Assembly (NCBI GenBank): GCA_047967505.1
Contig: CM106538.1
DNA from: Dipteris shenzhenensis
Lineage: Eukaryota
DNA length: 64,000 nucleotides
Direction: 5' to 3' (one strand)
The notes under the pieces are model-generated. The model searched no databases and was not told the DNA's origin. It saw nothing but the letters and a program-made list of their open reading frames with translations. The position numbers and the translations under genes are program-made. Below, one piece after another: positions 27,001 through 41,435 of the stretch. Each line of letters starts with the position of its first letter. The first letter of the stretch is position 1.

Positions 27001-30000
27001 GTTACTTTAAATGTTGTTCTATATGCCCATAGTATTGAATCAAGCTATGTATCCCAATCCTTCCCATTCTCTGATACGGTCATCTTCAATATCCATTTCA
27101 TGGACTTGTTGCTACTCTCTCTGCCTCTACTTTTCCCTATGGGTGATACGTCATGGCCATTTTATGCACTACCTTGTGTACCTCCATCAGTTGCTTTACT
27201 ATGGTGTTCAAAAAATGAGTTCCTTGATCCAATACTATTTCAATTGGGCACCCAAATCTTGTGATGATATTCTTGTATAAAAACTTTGTTTTGTTGGCTA
27301 CCATATTGTCCTTGAATGCATGTGCTTCCACCCATTTAGTTGAGTAATTTGTAGCCCTCACTACGTATTTATTTTTTATATACTGGGCTACTAGTTTAAA
27401 TGGTCCCATAAAATCTAGGCCCCACTTTTAAAAAGGTTCCAATGGAAGAATTGGGTTCAAAGGCATCCTATCTATATTTACTGGATGATCATCCCTCTAA
27501 TAGTACCAAAACTATTTTGTGAATTCATGTGCATCTTTGATAACTGTTGGCCACCACCAGCCTACATGGAAGATGTTTTTTGCTGTAATCTCTCTTGCAA
27601 AATTACCACCAGATACCCTTGATATGCACTTCTATTAGCACTGCATTCTATTCATGCTTTAGAACACATCGTCATAACACCTGATTTACTCCTCGGTGAT
27701 ATAACATACCTGTGGCAATTACCACAAACGCTTAGCTCTTCAGTGCCATCCTCGTCCTCTGATCCCGGGACATTTCTTTCGAGAAAACCCCATCTATAAA
27801 AATAGTATCATGTTGTCATACCAATACATATTCTGAATAGGCTCTACTGTAAACAACTTTGCATCTGGTAAATCATCCACGAAGCCTTCTAGAGGTACCT
27901 CACTTGATTCCAACCTATTCATGTAATCTAATACCAAGTGCTAGCTTCCTGGTGTATGCACTACCATGTAGTCAAATTCTTGCAAAAGGAGTATCCACAT
28001 CGTGCCAATCTCCCAGTTGGTTGCAACTTGTTTACCAAGTACAATAGTGCCTGATGATGTACATGGAATACAATCTTGTTTCTTAGTAGGCAATGATGGA
28101 ATTTTCCCAGAGAAGAAATCTTTCCAAGACCTTCTCTCTCCGTGATTGAATAGTTCCTTTTCACACTAGTGAGTTTCCAACTTGTGTAGTACACTGGTTG
28201 ACATCATCCCTTGCATCATTTATGCATCAAGGCTATGCTGATGGCAATGTCCCATGCATCCACAAACACATGGAAGTCCAGCAGACTCCAATCCGGTGAC
28301 TGTAGTATCGAAGCAACTACTAGGATCTTCTTCAACAATTGGAATGCTTTCTCCTGTTCTAGCCCCCACATAAATGGAGCATCCTTCGTCAGCTTGGTGA
28401 GAGGCTAGAAAACATATGACAGATACCGCAAAAATCGATTGTGCCACTTCACCTGACCCACAAATCTATGTAACTCCTTAACATTCCACAAGACCTTGGC
28501 CTTTTGAATGGCTTCCACTTTCATGGGATCTATTTCCATTCCCTCTTCTGAAATAATGTTACCTATAGTAACATTCTTGTCTTTACTGCAACCGCACACT
28601 TTGCTGGGTGTAAGCTTAACCTAGTGCTTCTACACTTCTCAAAGCACAATCGCAAACTGATCTAGGTGCTCATCTTTCTTTCTGAACACGCTAAAGTCAC
28701 CCAAAAACACCTGCATGAATGTGGTTAGATACATTTCAATGGCCTTCTGGATCCATGATTGGAATGTTGGTGGTGCATTCTCTTTAATCCAAATGTCATG
28801 ATGTTGCTAGCATATAGTCCCCATTCTGTGGCAAATGATGTTTGTCTTTATCTTCCTTGATTGTCTATATCTAATTGTACTAGCAGCTAAAGACGAATAG
28901 AAAACTATATATTTCATACCCTGCCATCGCATCTAGCAGCATATCATAAAAAGGTAAATAAAATGGATCTATGATCATCACTCACTGCATTTAGCTTCCT
29001 GTAATCCATGTAGATTCAGAGCTTCCAATTTTCTTCGACACAATTACAATTGGTGATAGCCATGTGACTTTATATGTCAGGTAAATGACTCCTACTCTCT
29101 ATAGCTTATCTATCTCCTTCTTTAACTACTTTAGGTAATTTGGGTTCATTCGATACCATCGTTGAATTATGAGCTTGATGCCTTTTTTTAGGTTAATATG
29201 GTGAACACAAAGAGCCGGATCTACTCCCATCATATATGTATACTCCCATGCAAATACATCCTTATATTCTTGCAACAACTTCACCAATTCCTATCTAAAT
29301 GCTCTAGTTAGCCTCTATTCCCAGGTTGAACTCTTCCAAGTCATCTTCTTTCACCCTTGATGTTCTCCACATCTGATCTTCATACGCCGTTTCAGCCTTC
29401 AAGATTAACTCCGGTCCATATTTTTGGTATAGTGTGATCCCCCCCCCATCTGGTTCGGCATTTGGTATGGTTGGCTTGTCCTCTTCTGATTCAAATCCCT
29501 CATCAGGTGTCGAATCTTCTGATGTAACAATGCGCACTTCTATGATGGGCTTTCTCATCCTCTTTACTTCCACCTTCTTAAGGTCCATCAACAATACTTC
29601 CAAAAAATTCTCCAATCCAAGAGTTTTGTCCTTATTCTAAACTATAGGGTTTACTTATGTCTCCTTCTCTAGCTTTACACTAGTTGTGGGAGAAGAGCAT
29701 CTGGGATCCCATTCTAATGTGATTTATTGTTGTTCCACTTCTGGTTTCCCATCCACTTGCATTTTCTTAATTTGCTTTAATGTCACCACCATTCGAATCT
29801 CCTCTTGGTCTTCCACTTCTAACATTTCTTCTTCTTTGGCTCCACTTCCTCTATAGGTTTGCAAAATGGACCCTTGGATCATGTTGTACCATACATGTTG
29901 ATATTTTTTAATTCATTCTATGGAAATCCTACCTACTTTGTACACGTTGAGCACTTGCATTGCTGCCATTTGTAAGCCTGTGCTGTGCATTTCATCCAAC

Positions 30001-31950
30001 ACATGGAGGTGTCCTCCCATTCTTCAATCAATACTGCATTTGTTTGTAGTGGTTGGTCATGTGGAGGCATTCCTTGCCTTGGTAGCTAGTGCGTGGTCTC
30101 CAAACCTCACTCCATTCTATGTTTGCACCACAGTGGGTAGTTTGAGCATTCTCTATGTCCATTCTGCAAATAGTACCTACAATCTTTATCTATGCTAGAA
30201 TTTTGTTGGCCCTTGACCACTTGCGGGTTCCACTTTCCCCTTTAGTTTTAGTTGCCTCTCTAATCCCAAGTATTCCTTTGCTGAATCTGGGTCACATTCT
30301 ATGCCACTACTGGGTCGATGGCCACTTGATTAGCACCGATTACCAGTGGTCAAGTACCTATCGTGCCAGATTCATTTGAGCATTGGGGTTAGACCAACAG
30401 ACCCCAGTTGGGTGGTTCTCTATGCATATCTCGCACTTCACTCCTAAACCCTTCAGTTTTCCTCTAACAGTTTCATTTTATCACTTGTTTTCTTTTTTGA
30501 TTTCTTATTCTCCTTATTCAACTTCTTTGTCTCTTTCAAGCTGGACTTCTTTTTTCTTATGTTTTCACTTCTTTTTGGACTTTTTGTCCTGATCCTCTGA
30601 ATCAATTTTTGAATCCTCACTTTTGGATTCTGTAACCTCATCCTCTGTATCACTTTCGGATTCATCTATGTCAAAATTTGACTCACTATCTAAATCATCA
30701 CCCTTGGATCAACTTTAAAACAATCCACATCTCTATCCTCTCTTTTAGCTATCTCTATCAAATCATTGAAGCCCTTAATGCCTTGGATTTCCAATCCAAT
30801 TACTATGCTACGTATGTCTTGCCTCAATCCTTTGCAAAAATATTCCACAAATGTCCCGGTTGTGGGTCTTTCCACCACCTCCAACCTAGCATTGAGGTTC
30901 TATAATTTATGTGCGCAACCTTCCACCATCAATTTCTTATGTTGAAGTTCTCATAATTTTTTACTGATGTCATTTGGAGTTTTCTATTTATGGAAACTAT
31001 GCAAGAAAGTTCTCAGTTTTGGATAATCCACAAAATGTGCGAGGCCATACGAGATGAACCAGCTCATCACCTTGCCACTCAAGGTAACTACAAACTGTTG
31101 TAATTTTTTCGGATCCCCCAAACATTGTGTTGAAAATGCTCGCCTACCATGGGGTCTCAAATTGTGCTACATGGCTATCCAGGTCATTCTTTTTTGACCC
31201 CTGAACTCGACAAGACTGTACTTCAATACTGGCACTACTGGCACTTGTGGGTGGATGGTTGGATTAACTGGTATCATTTGGTATATGTAACCTTCCATAT
31301 TCCATGGAGCAATTGAGTTTTCTCAGCTCACTTGGATTACTGGTACCAGATTAAAAAATGTTGGTGGGATGAACTGACTTACCGGATCTTTATGCTTATC
31401 TAGACTGAATAAAGTTGCAACATTTGAAGTGAACTCCTTAAATGGGTTCAATGGGAATCGGGGTCCTACTAAGTCTTATGGTACTACGTATATTGTCTTT
31501 TGTACTAGCATCTCCTTTCTCCTTTGTTTGGTCTGATCTAGTACCTCTCAGAGGGTGATGGTTCTGATGCCTCCTTTGGTTGATACTAGATTTGGATACC
31601 GTGGATTGCTGTGAGTGCTACTAAACTATTGATCATTGTTAGATTCTTCGGTTGCTTTCTCGACTATGAGTTCCAACCCCTCTACTATTGGCGCACGAAT
31701 TTCCTCATCTTCAAATTTTGTGGCTGGCTTACTTTGTCCAATCCCTATGACTTGAAGGGGTCATACCATGAGTGATGATTAGTTTACAATTAAGACAATG
31801 CCATAGTTTTGACTACCAAAACCAAAGAGAACAATAATTGTTCGTCTATTGGAGCCATACCAACATCATCTTAAGACGTTGATTGGGATGGTACCGTCCA
31901 CCTTGGAGGGTTCTTCTCTTACAATTGTTTCAACAATAAATGGTTCTGCA
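24050..31950 (-). mobile_element. gag-pol: Decayed Ty3/gypsy element (gag ~30400-31250, RT ~28400-29300, RNase H ~27950-28400, integrase ~26700-27800, extra 3' coding region)
   Basis: Minus-strand fragments include YFCKGLRQDI (gag), IDPMKVEAI...FVGQVKWH (RT), RNYSITEREGL...HQAL (RNase H) and TKWVEA...FGCPIEIVLDQGTHF (integrase), in RT-RH-IN order. Confidence 0.88.
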
Positions 31951-32085
31951 TCCAGTTCTTACAACTTCTACTATCGCAACCGTGTATGGGATGCAATGGG
32001 TCCTGACTAATCCATGAAATCTGACATGTAGACCATTGCCCGTTACTTTCCATTCCACCTGTATTTTGAACTTCCTTTTGCGAGC

Positions 32086-34820
32086 TCTATGGTTTTGACA
32101 AGAGGTGCCAAGTGTGAGACATTGTATCCCTTACATGTATCAGGGGTGTCTAATCATGTTGTTGCAATAACCGAGTAGCCAACTACTTCTTTGTGGCATT
32201 CCAGGTTGGGGCACATGAGCCAAAATGGAATGAAACCTTATGCTATTTGGGTTATGTACCACATTTGAGTTTCTCTGACTTTGAATTTTGTGAGCATTGT
32301 CTCTATGAGAAGCAGACTAAATCATACCATAAAAGAAGGGGAAAGAAAGAGCTTGAAAGGCTTGATTTGGTGCATTCAGATGTATGTGGTCGCATGCGAC
32401 ATTCATTGATGATGCAACTAGGAAAGTATGGGCTTATACTATAGCTTGAAAGAGTCATGTGTTCCAGGTATTTAAAAAATGGTTGACTTTGGCTGAAAAT
32501 CAGTCAGGTAGAACACTTAAATGCCTACAGACGGATCCCTCTTACTCTCATTTGTGTATATTTGGGTGTGAGGCATATGCACATGTGCCAAAAGAGCTTC
32601 AAAAGAAGCTAGATCCTAAGTCTAGGAAATGCTCAGGAAATGCGTCTTTCTAGGATATGGTGGTGAAAGTGGAGAGATGGGCTATCGTCTCTGGGATCCA
32701 GAAGCAAAGAAGATCATATGAAGCTATGATGTGGTCTTCAATGAGAAGAAGATGCATAAGACACCCATGAGGGATGTGGAAATGAGGAGAATCACTTTCC
32801 ATGATGTGAATCCATCTGCATATGTTGATAGACAGCAAGATGTTCATGCACCGAATGGTGCCCCAAGTACTTCCATAGGTACAAAATGAAGGGTACATGA
32901 TGGATCATCTATTGGTGAAAATGATGTCCCAAATGTGGCTAATATATACAGGTGGGACAGTAAGCTAAAATGCCCTTGAGAAGATCAACTAGAGGGTCTA
33001 GACCCTGCCTGAGAGATTTGTTCTAGGCAAACCTGATCCAGAGATTTGCTACTACAAAGAGGCTATGGTGCATGAGCATTAGCGCAAGTGGTAGTATGCT
33101 ATGCAATCATAGGTGAATTCACTCATGAAAAATAAGACTTGAGACTTGGTTTCTTTGCCACATGGAAAGAAATCATTGCCATGTAAATGGGTCTACAAGA
33201 TGAAGGTCATAGGTGATGATGTGCCTAAGTACAAGGCCCGTTTGGTTGCTAAGGGGCTCAAGCAAGAGAAGGGTTTGGACTTTGATGAGATCTTCTCTCT
33301 GGTTGTGAAGATGACCATGCTTAGATGTATACTTGGACTTGTGGCAACAGAGGATATGGAGCTGATGCAAATGGATGTCAAGACAGTTTTCTTGCATGGG
33401 GATTTGCATGAGGAAATTTACATGGTATAGCTAGAAGGCTTTGAAGAAAAGGGCAAAGAGAATTTGGTTTGCAAGCTAAAAAAGAGTCTCTATGTCCTTA
33501 AGCAAGCGCATAGATAATGGTATCAGAAGTTTGATGCCTTCATTTGGTCCCATGGTTTTAGAAGAATTGAGATTGATCACTGCCTCTACTCTAAAAGGGC
33601 TAAGGATAAGAGCCTGGTACTCCTAGCACTTAATGTGGATGATATGCTATTGGTTAGCAAGAACACTAACGAGCTGGATACATTGAAGGCCAAGTTGCAT
33701 GAGGCCTTTAACATGAAGGATTTGGGACCTGCAAGTCATACTCTTGGTATGCGCATCATGCATGACCGGAGTAGGAATCTCCTTTGGCTTTCACAGAAGG
33801 AGTATGTTACAAAAGTGTTGCGGTGTTTCAATATGGAGGGGGGGAAGGCAATAAGTACTCCATTTCCTCCATATGTGAAATATAGTCAGGCAGATAGTCC
33901 CAAATCAGATGAAGAGAGGGCATGATGGCCAAGATCCCTTATGCATCAATGATTGGGAGGCTTCTGTATGCTATGATAGCTACTAGATTGGACATTACAT
34001 TTGCAGTGGGAGTTGTTAGCTGGTATATTTCTAATCCAAGAAAGAGGCATTGAGAGGCAGTTAAGTGCATCATGAGGTACATGAAGGGTACCAAGGAGAT
34101 GTGTATCTTCTTTGGCAAAGGAGAGATGTGTGCACTTGGGTACACATATTTAGACTATGCAAGACATGTGGATAGCAGGAGATCCACTTCTAGTTATGTG
34201 TTCACCTTTGCAGGTGGTGTAGTGTCGTGGATGTCTTGTGCACAAAAGTGTGTTGCTTTGTCTACCATAGAGGACAAGTATGTTGCAGCCACAAAGGGTT
34301 GCAAGGAGGCTATATGGCTTGATCAACTAGTGGGAGATTTAGGGATTCATACAGGTGTACCGACATTGCATAGTGATTCCATGAGTGCTATTTTGCTAGC
34401 ACAGAATCCGGTATTTCATGCAAAGATGAAATGCATTGAGGTCAGGTACCATTTCATCAGGGAGGTACTTGAGGACAAGCACATAGAGCTTGTCAAGGTC
34501 ATAAAGATGATAATCCTGTAGATATGCTGACGAAGAGTCTACCTAGTTAGCGATTTTAGTATTCCCGTGTATTGATGGGCATTGGATAGTATGTCCATTG
34601 GTTGTTCTCCCTTAAAGGCACATTGGCCTTTCAGTGGGAGGTTATGGGGGTGAAAGGCCACTGTACCTTAACCCCAATTATGTACAATACTCAAACACAT
34701 ATATATATGGATGACATAGAAGATTAGGGTGTTTTGCACCCACCAAAACTTGTGTGGATCTCTCTTCTGGCTCTTCCTTTTCTCTCACCCTCTTCGGTTC
34801 CACTTCTATTGTCAACAACA
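32086..34820 (+). mobile_element. pol: Old Tnt1/Tork-like copia copy 2 (5'-truncated; IN-RT-RH, PPT, 3' LTR 34643-34820)
   Basis: Contains LDLVHSDVCG, CKWVYKMK...YKARLVAKG, DSRRSTS and NPVFHAK. Its LTR is homologous to 55161-55331. Several internal deletions are present. Confidence 0.92.
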
Positions 34821-36199
34821 TCATTTGAATTGCTCAAAATATATCAATATATATAGAAGGAGTAATATCCATTTCAAAATGCAAATTTCTTACAACAGTC
34901 GATCCAAAAAATCTCTTCATACTCTCTTATCTTAGAACATCACATTCTGGCTCTCATACATTTCCAAGCATGGATTGAAGAGGTACACCCAATAGGTGGT
35001 GACCCTTCATATATATAAGCATTAAACTATGCTAGAATATATTTAAAATACTATCCAGATAATATCCACTTATCATAGATTACCATGTCAGCATCTAATC
35101 CTCCCACTCCCACACCCGCAAGGCACCATATCTATTACATCATCTGACATATTTCATCAATGGCTAGCTCAACTTTCACGTCATCATGTTTGCCATGTGA
35201 GCTTGGTGCCCAATCATCAGTGGTGTGCCATGTCAGCTCACAATGCCCAATCACAGCATGTCCATCTCAGTTGCCCACCTCATCATTGCCATGTGGCACA
35301 ACCCCTTACTAGGCAATATTATCTCTTCATAGGCACACGGTGCATTTGGCATGTGACCTCACACTACCACATCATCACATGTGCCACCTTTGCACTCCCT
35401 TGGACAAAGTTTGGCACAAATTTCAAATGCCCATAACTTTTGATCCAGATGGAATTTTGCAGTGATCCAAAAACAAAAAATGATCAGTAAATTGTGCTCT
35501 ATATGGTGAGAACCTTAGATGTACCTTCTAACTTTTCCACAGGTCATAATCATCCAATCATCATCATCAAAATCACCTCTTGATCCATTACATCCATTCA
35601 ACACATAAAATAAATTAACTAACATTCGTTTTGTTGCATTTTGCGCTTTTACACTAGCATAGCCATAGAGGAGATTAAACTAGCATAGCCATAGATTTAG
35701 ACTACCTCTAGTCTAGATTTAGACTAGCATAGCCATAGATGAGATTAAACTCCACAAAGCTAAGTAAGCCATTGCCATGTCACCCACTTAGTTCTTACCA
35801 GCATCACTCCCATCTAATCTATCTTCAATATACACATTCACACATCTGACACCAACTCAATCTCTTGGCATTTGGCAATTCAACATGTCAATTTGACATT
35901 TGGCAGTCATCATCCTCGTGGATCAAAATTGTTACATTCTTTTTGCACACACATATGCCACCCATGTACAGTCATATTTATCAACTATTTTTTGGCATTG
36001 GTTCGTGCACTAAAGTCAACCAATCTAGGTGAATTTGGCATTAGAGCATAGAGATGATCCAAGCATGCAAAACCTTTTTCAATAGTAATATCAATCTCAC
36101 AATGACTAATTTAATGAATCTTGCCCCGGCTAAGGCTAAAATTTCCATCTTAGCCCTGCTGTGGACTCCAAGAAAAATGGGAGCCCCTCCATTCTCTAA

Positions 36200-36700
36200 G
36201 GAATAAAACCCTCCTAAAAGAAGCTTCTCATGAGGTCCCTTGCATGCTCATCCAAATAGCCATTAGTTCATGAATAGAATCTATTTAAATAATGGCCAAA
36301 TTGTGAGAAGGGTGGAACTGTGATCCATCAAAGGCCTTCATGCATCTAACTCTCTAGATGTGCCACACTAAAATAATCACCAGTATCTCCCAATAAGAGT
36401 CAAAAGCTTGCATAGGCCATGTGAAAAGAAATTTTGTCATCCAAATCTCAACTAAATTTTGTTGAAGACCTAAAATATCCCAAAAGAGAGAGCTAGGTAT
36501 GAGCCCTAGGTCATAAATAAGGGGATAGAGTAAATATATTAAAAATTCTAGCAATCCCCTTCCATATGATCCTTGCATGTCTGTAACTCCATAGGCAATG
36601 TTGAATAGTCTTCACAATCGTATACTACCAAGGACAAGTGGAGTCTGCCTCAAACCTAAACCTCCCTAAGCTCACTCCAATCCCTCAATGTATGGAGCCA
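36200..36700 (-). pseudogene. Possible decayed LINE endonuclease fragment
   Basis: The minus strand shows FTW...DHS...FMN*WL in the order expected for the L1 APE C-terminus. It is very degenerate. Confidence 0.35.
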
Positions 36701-36913
36701 AAAGAAAAGAGTACTTTTTCTATTCCTTGGGGATTTTTTGAGTCTCCTCCAAAAAAACTTTATGTAAATCAGTAAAAATTATAAAAATTCTCCCAATGAG
36801 GAGCTCTAGAGGGCCCTAAGTTATGCACTATTTAGAAGCACCATGTATCATGTGTGTTTTAGGATAGCATCCATAAGAGGAGAGGAGGGAGATCTAAGAT
36901 AGGCTAAACTAAA

Positions 36914-37048
36914 GATCCATCTAGTACTATCCATCCAATCTCCACCCAAAGGAGTATAGGACTATTGTGCAGTGAAGTAAGGATCCATCTAGTACTATTC
37001 ATCCAGTCTCCACCCCAAGGAGTATCTTACATTGTGCAGTGAATAAAG
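36914..37048. repeat. Tandem duplication, ~68-bp unit x2
   Basis: GATCCATCTAGTACTAT...ATTGTGCAGTGAA at 36914 and 36982. Confidence 0.85.
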
Positions 37049-38249
37049 AAATATTTTCATGACTCTTTCTAGGCATAATTCCTTTTATCACAATCAATGA
37101 TATTGACTCCTCATTCCCATGTGGGAAGTATCAAGGTCTCCCAAGCCATCATTGCTGAAGCATTTATTGTACTATGTAGTCCACTCCAAAGAAAGTTCTT
37201 TATAGGCCTCTTAATCCAAATGTTGTAGTCCCTAGAGTGTCACCAAAAAGACCAAAAAGTCATGTTGTGGCTAGCAGAACTTGGTTAACAACAACCAATC
37301 TTGAAGAAAGTTCAAGTTTTGATGAACTCCATAAAAAGAGCTTTCTCTTGAATGAAAGGCATACTATTTGAATCTCATGCATGAAAGGCATACTCCGGTC
37401 TGTGATCTAACAATATTTATTGGTAATCCCTTGATGTAGCAAGGTGCTTTTGAATCCATGTATTAGTAGGCCATTTCTACTCCTCCCTCTATAGGGTCAA
37501 CAACTTTTGGTGAATACCAACCTCCTTTTTGAGAATCTCACATCTCTTATTACTAGACATTGAAGATATAAATCACTAATATCAAAAAGGGATGTTGCCG
37601 TAAATGAGGGAGAGGGAACTCCCCCTTTTCATATGAGAAACCTAGATCTACAAAGCTACCTCTATGAGATTCAGGTGATAGTAAGGTAAGGTGTCCAAAA
37701 TAGTTGTGTCCCGGACACGAGTTATGAAATCACAAAAACCACAAAAGCAAAGGATATTTTTTAAATAAGTTTTGTTACATGCAACCAAAACATGGGCATC
37801 TACTATAATTGCAAACTGTGTCAATGGGATTCACCCAATATTTTCTATGTTCTCCCATTGTGTTTCTATTTGTCTCACAATTTGAATCTGTTGCAATCTT
37901 ACATCCTGTATCTCTTGTTGTCTCTTTGAAACTCGACATCAATCTTCTATGCTCTTCTTGTCTACACATCCTCCTCTTTGCCCAAGCACAATATGGAACC
38001 ACCTGTCAATCTTCCCTGCAACCATGGCCCCGTTGACAAGGTATGCATAGTTTCTAACATGTAATGTGGATGATCTTATGGTATCTTCCCCTCTCTCCCA
38101 GTCTTCTACATCTATTCTTGCCTATGCGTTTGTAACTCACACGATTTATGGAACTTGTCAACATTCTAACGTATACTATTCATTGCAATCAGAGCCTTTT
38201 CAAAGATATATCACCATAATTATAGATTATACAAAAATATGAAGCTAAT

Positions 38250-41200
38250 AGGAGATGGGAGTGAAGTAAAATAAAACTAGTAACACAAACCAATGACCTT
38301 TCAATGGACATTGAAGCAAAGAAGAAAGAGACTGCAAGCAAAATAATCAATAGTATTTTGTAGTTCTCCCTTGCTTTTGGTAGGAGAGATAGGTTAGAAA
38401 TCATTCAATCAATGATGAAGAACGAACACATTTTGAAAGGTCTTGGCAACCAACACATTGATAATTTCATAGTTCTATATGCATTAAAGAGGTCCTTACA
38501 AGAACCAAAGAATCCCAAATTAGACACATAACTCTTTGTGAAGCCAAGCATACAAACCATGGTACTAGCATCATTAAATGAGGATGAAATTTCTATTCCA
38601 AGAGATTCAAGAGTGCTGAACATGCACCCTAGGAATTTATACTCACCACTTAATAGGTTTTCAAATGATGAGGATGGAAGAAAGTTGTCTTTTGAGCTTT
38701 GTAAACAAAAATCCCATGATGATGTGTTGAGCTCTGAAGTAAGGGAACTCATCGTCAAATTTTGGATAGAACAAACAAGGGTGACACCAAACAAGAAGGA
38801 CATTTGCCATCATCAAATTGCAAAAAATGAATATGAGAAGCACCCAATACATTTTCTTGATGATTCACAAAGGTAAGATCAGTTGCTATATGTATTGTTT
38901 ACTATGAGTTGTGGCTGTGTGCTCTATAGTAGTTTTTAATAGGCTACATGAGAAGAAATGATGCATTAATGTGTTATATGGATAGCATGTATATAAGTCT
39001 ATTACATATGCATACAATGTTGTTTAGCATACTAGGGAACTCATAGCATGCATGGTTCCAACCCCATCTTTGTCTCCTAAGTTTTCCCTATTGTCTAGAG
39101 TTCCAATCCTCGTGGGACATGAAAAGAAACCCCCAATCTAGCCACAATGGCAAATTTCTTGTGTTGTGTGCTAGCCTTTAATGAAATCATAGTTCTTCCC
39201 ATTAAACTTCGACAGCCAGTGGAACAAGATCAAGAGGAAGAGAGGATTATAAAGAATAATACTATTTCCTAAGTGTACAGGAGATCTATAATTTCATGGA
39301 ACCCTGTATTTTGTGCTAGCCTTTGATGAAATTATAGATCTTTCCAAGTACACTTCGGTAGCCAGTGGAATAAGATCAAAAGGAAGAGAATATTACAAAG
39401 AGTATTACTATCTCCTAAGTGTATGGGAGATCTATAATTTCATGGAAGCTTGTGTTGTGTGCCAGCCTATGTTGTGTGCTAACCTTTGATGAAATTATAG
39501 ATCTTTCCAAGTACTCTTTGGCAGCCAGTGGAACAAGATCAAGAGGAAGAGAGAATTACAAAGAATGTTACTATCTCCTAAGTGTACAAGAGATCTATAA
39601 TTTCATGAAAGCATGTGTTGTGTGCTAGCCTTTGATGAAATTATAGATCTTTCCAAGTACACTTTGGCAGCCAGTGGAACAAGATCAAGAGGAAGAGAGG
39701 ATTACAAAGAATATTACTATCTCCTAAGTGTATGGGAGATATCTATAATTTCATGGAAGGGTATATAGTGGGTTTCTTTTCATGTGCTAAAGATGTGGAC
39801 TATCATATGCTAGTTAATGCTAGTTAGGACTAAGGTATGATGCTAGGGACTTGCTTTTGAAGTCCTTGAAAACAATCGTCTTATCAAAAGCTTTTGCCCA
39901 AGTCCTACCCTCTCTAAGTTAATTATCTCTACATCATTCAAAGTCACAACTAGGAAAGGTTGTCCTGTTAGCTTGACGAAGCAATTATACATGGTGTGCC
40001 ATGTCTATGTACATTGAAATTTTCTGCTATATAGGTCTGAGTAGCACAAATAGTGAGCTATATAGTATACATAGCTCCACATCTATGTGTGCACTCAAAC
40101 TGTGTTATGTAGTAGATTTTGTGGGGTGTATAGCCTTGTATAGCACAGATAATGTTGTATAGTGCATACATGTTCTGCCCCATCTCTATGTATTGAAATT
40201 GTCTACTATGTAGCTGTAGTCTACCACATAACATATGCAGTTTTCTCTTTTCTTGTCTATTTCATCAGACACAACTTCATCTACAAATGATAGGCGGAAC
40301 AGTTTAGGGAGTGTTTGAAGAATTTCCCTTCAGATGTCATTGTGTTTGTTATGGACTTTGTAGACAATTACTCATTCAAAGTCCAAAATGAAATTCAATC
40401 CATGCATTGGCATTCAGATCAGTGTACAATCCTTGTTCATATTACTTATTGCCGCAACTTTCTGGATGACCAAATTATCAAGGAGTTTCATTTCTACATT
40501 TCTGATGATAGAACACACGACACTCTTTTTGTATAGCATTGCCACAGCAAGACCCATTTACTTTGTTACCAAATTATTTGCATTGGCCAATGTTGAGATG
40601 ACTTGGAACTTCTTTGGATCATGCCATGGCGAAGGAGAACACGATGGTGCAAGTGTAGTGATTAAAAGAGCCCTTACACATGAGCAACTCAAGACTGGTG
40701 GTGTGGTATTGAAGCAAGCAACTGATGTAGTGCAATTTTTAACAAATTCATCGAGTACTACTGCATCTACTAGCTCCAAGCACAGGGAAGGTCCATCCAA
40801 AAGAGTGTTTTGGGAGATCAAGTTGGGTGAAGTGGATAGAACCAAGACATGGGGTTGTGCAAGTGTGGAGGGGTCTCGAGGATTGCATAGCATTTGAGGA
40901 TTTTGTAGACATGATGCAACGCAATTCAAGAAAATGGAATTGTCCTGCTATTGCCATGCATGCATGCACAAAAGGTGGAGATCGTGTGAGAACAAGTCCC
41001 ATGTTCAAGCTTGGGCATCAGGCATTATTTCTCCAACTGATGAGGTATCAAGTGAAGAAAACATAGTTGAAGAACCTATCAATGAGGGCTATGAGGACTT
41101 GTTGAGTGATCTGCTTGTAGAGGGAGACAATTTTGCTGTGAATGCCGAGAAGGGAAATGATGAGGGTGTGGATTTCTTCATTTTGAAAAGTAGCCATGCA

Positions 41201-41435
41201 AAGCAAACAACCAAGAAAAAGCTTAGAGAGAAGTGGGGCACTAAGTGTGGTAGGGTATCAAACTATGTTACTAGATGGTACTGTGAACAATGCAATGACC
41301 ATTGCCATTATCTTTTCTCATCTTGTTAGAGCCATGAAATTTGACATGGAATTGGTGGATCGCAAAACTAACATATACTACCTATCCTCGCAAGTGCATT
41401 AATTGATCTACAATGCATTACCCTATGAGGCCTGA
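38250..41435 (+). pseudogene. Decayed intron-containing DDD transposase, tentatively Sola2-like (copy B)
   Basis: One exon ends FWIEQTRVTPNKKD...HPIHFLDDSQ at an AG|GTAAG donor (38873). A later exon from ~40261 reads FIRHNFIYK**AEQF...MDFVDNYSFKVQNEIQSMHW...ISDDRTHDTLFV, then WNFFGSCHGEGEHDGAS..IKR and a CYCHAC...C...H tail. The SDG-containing segment is deleted at ~40545. Confidence 0.75.
39161..39760. repeat. Tandem array of four ~145-bp units, each with an internal inverted repeat
   Basis: CTA(G/A)CCTTT recurs at 39171, 39316, 39479 and 39625. Each unit carries ATGAAATTATAGATCT and its reverse complement AGATCTATAATTTCAT (perfect in units 2 and 3, imperfect in units 1 and 4). Confidence 0.92.

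Noticed and set aside
32086-34820. Copy 2 as the 3' half of copy 1 split by the gypsy insertion
   Set aside because: It repeats the IN-RT region already present in 20695-22771.
35100-36100. LTR-like decayed sequence with short repeats
   Set aside because: It is probably a TE remnant, but boundaries and family cannot be supported.
39161-39760. CRISPR array interpretation (also 14030-15810 and 41991-42380)
   Set aside because: The intervening sequences are homologous to each other rather than unique spacers, no cas genes are present, and the context is eukaryotic.
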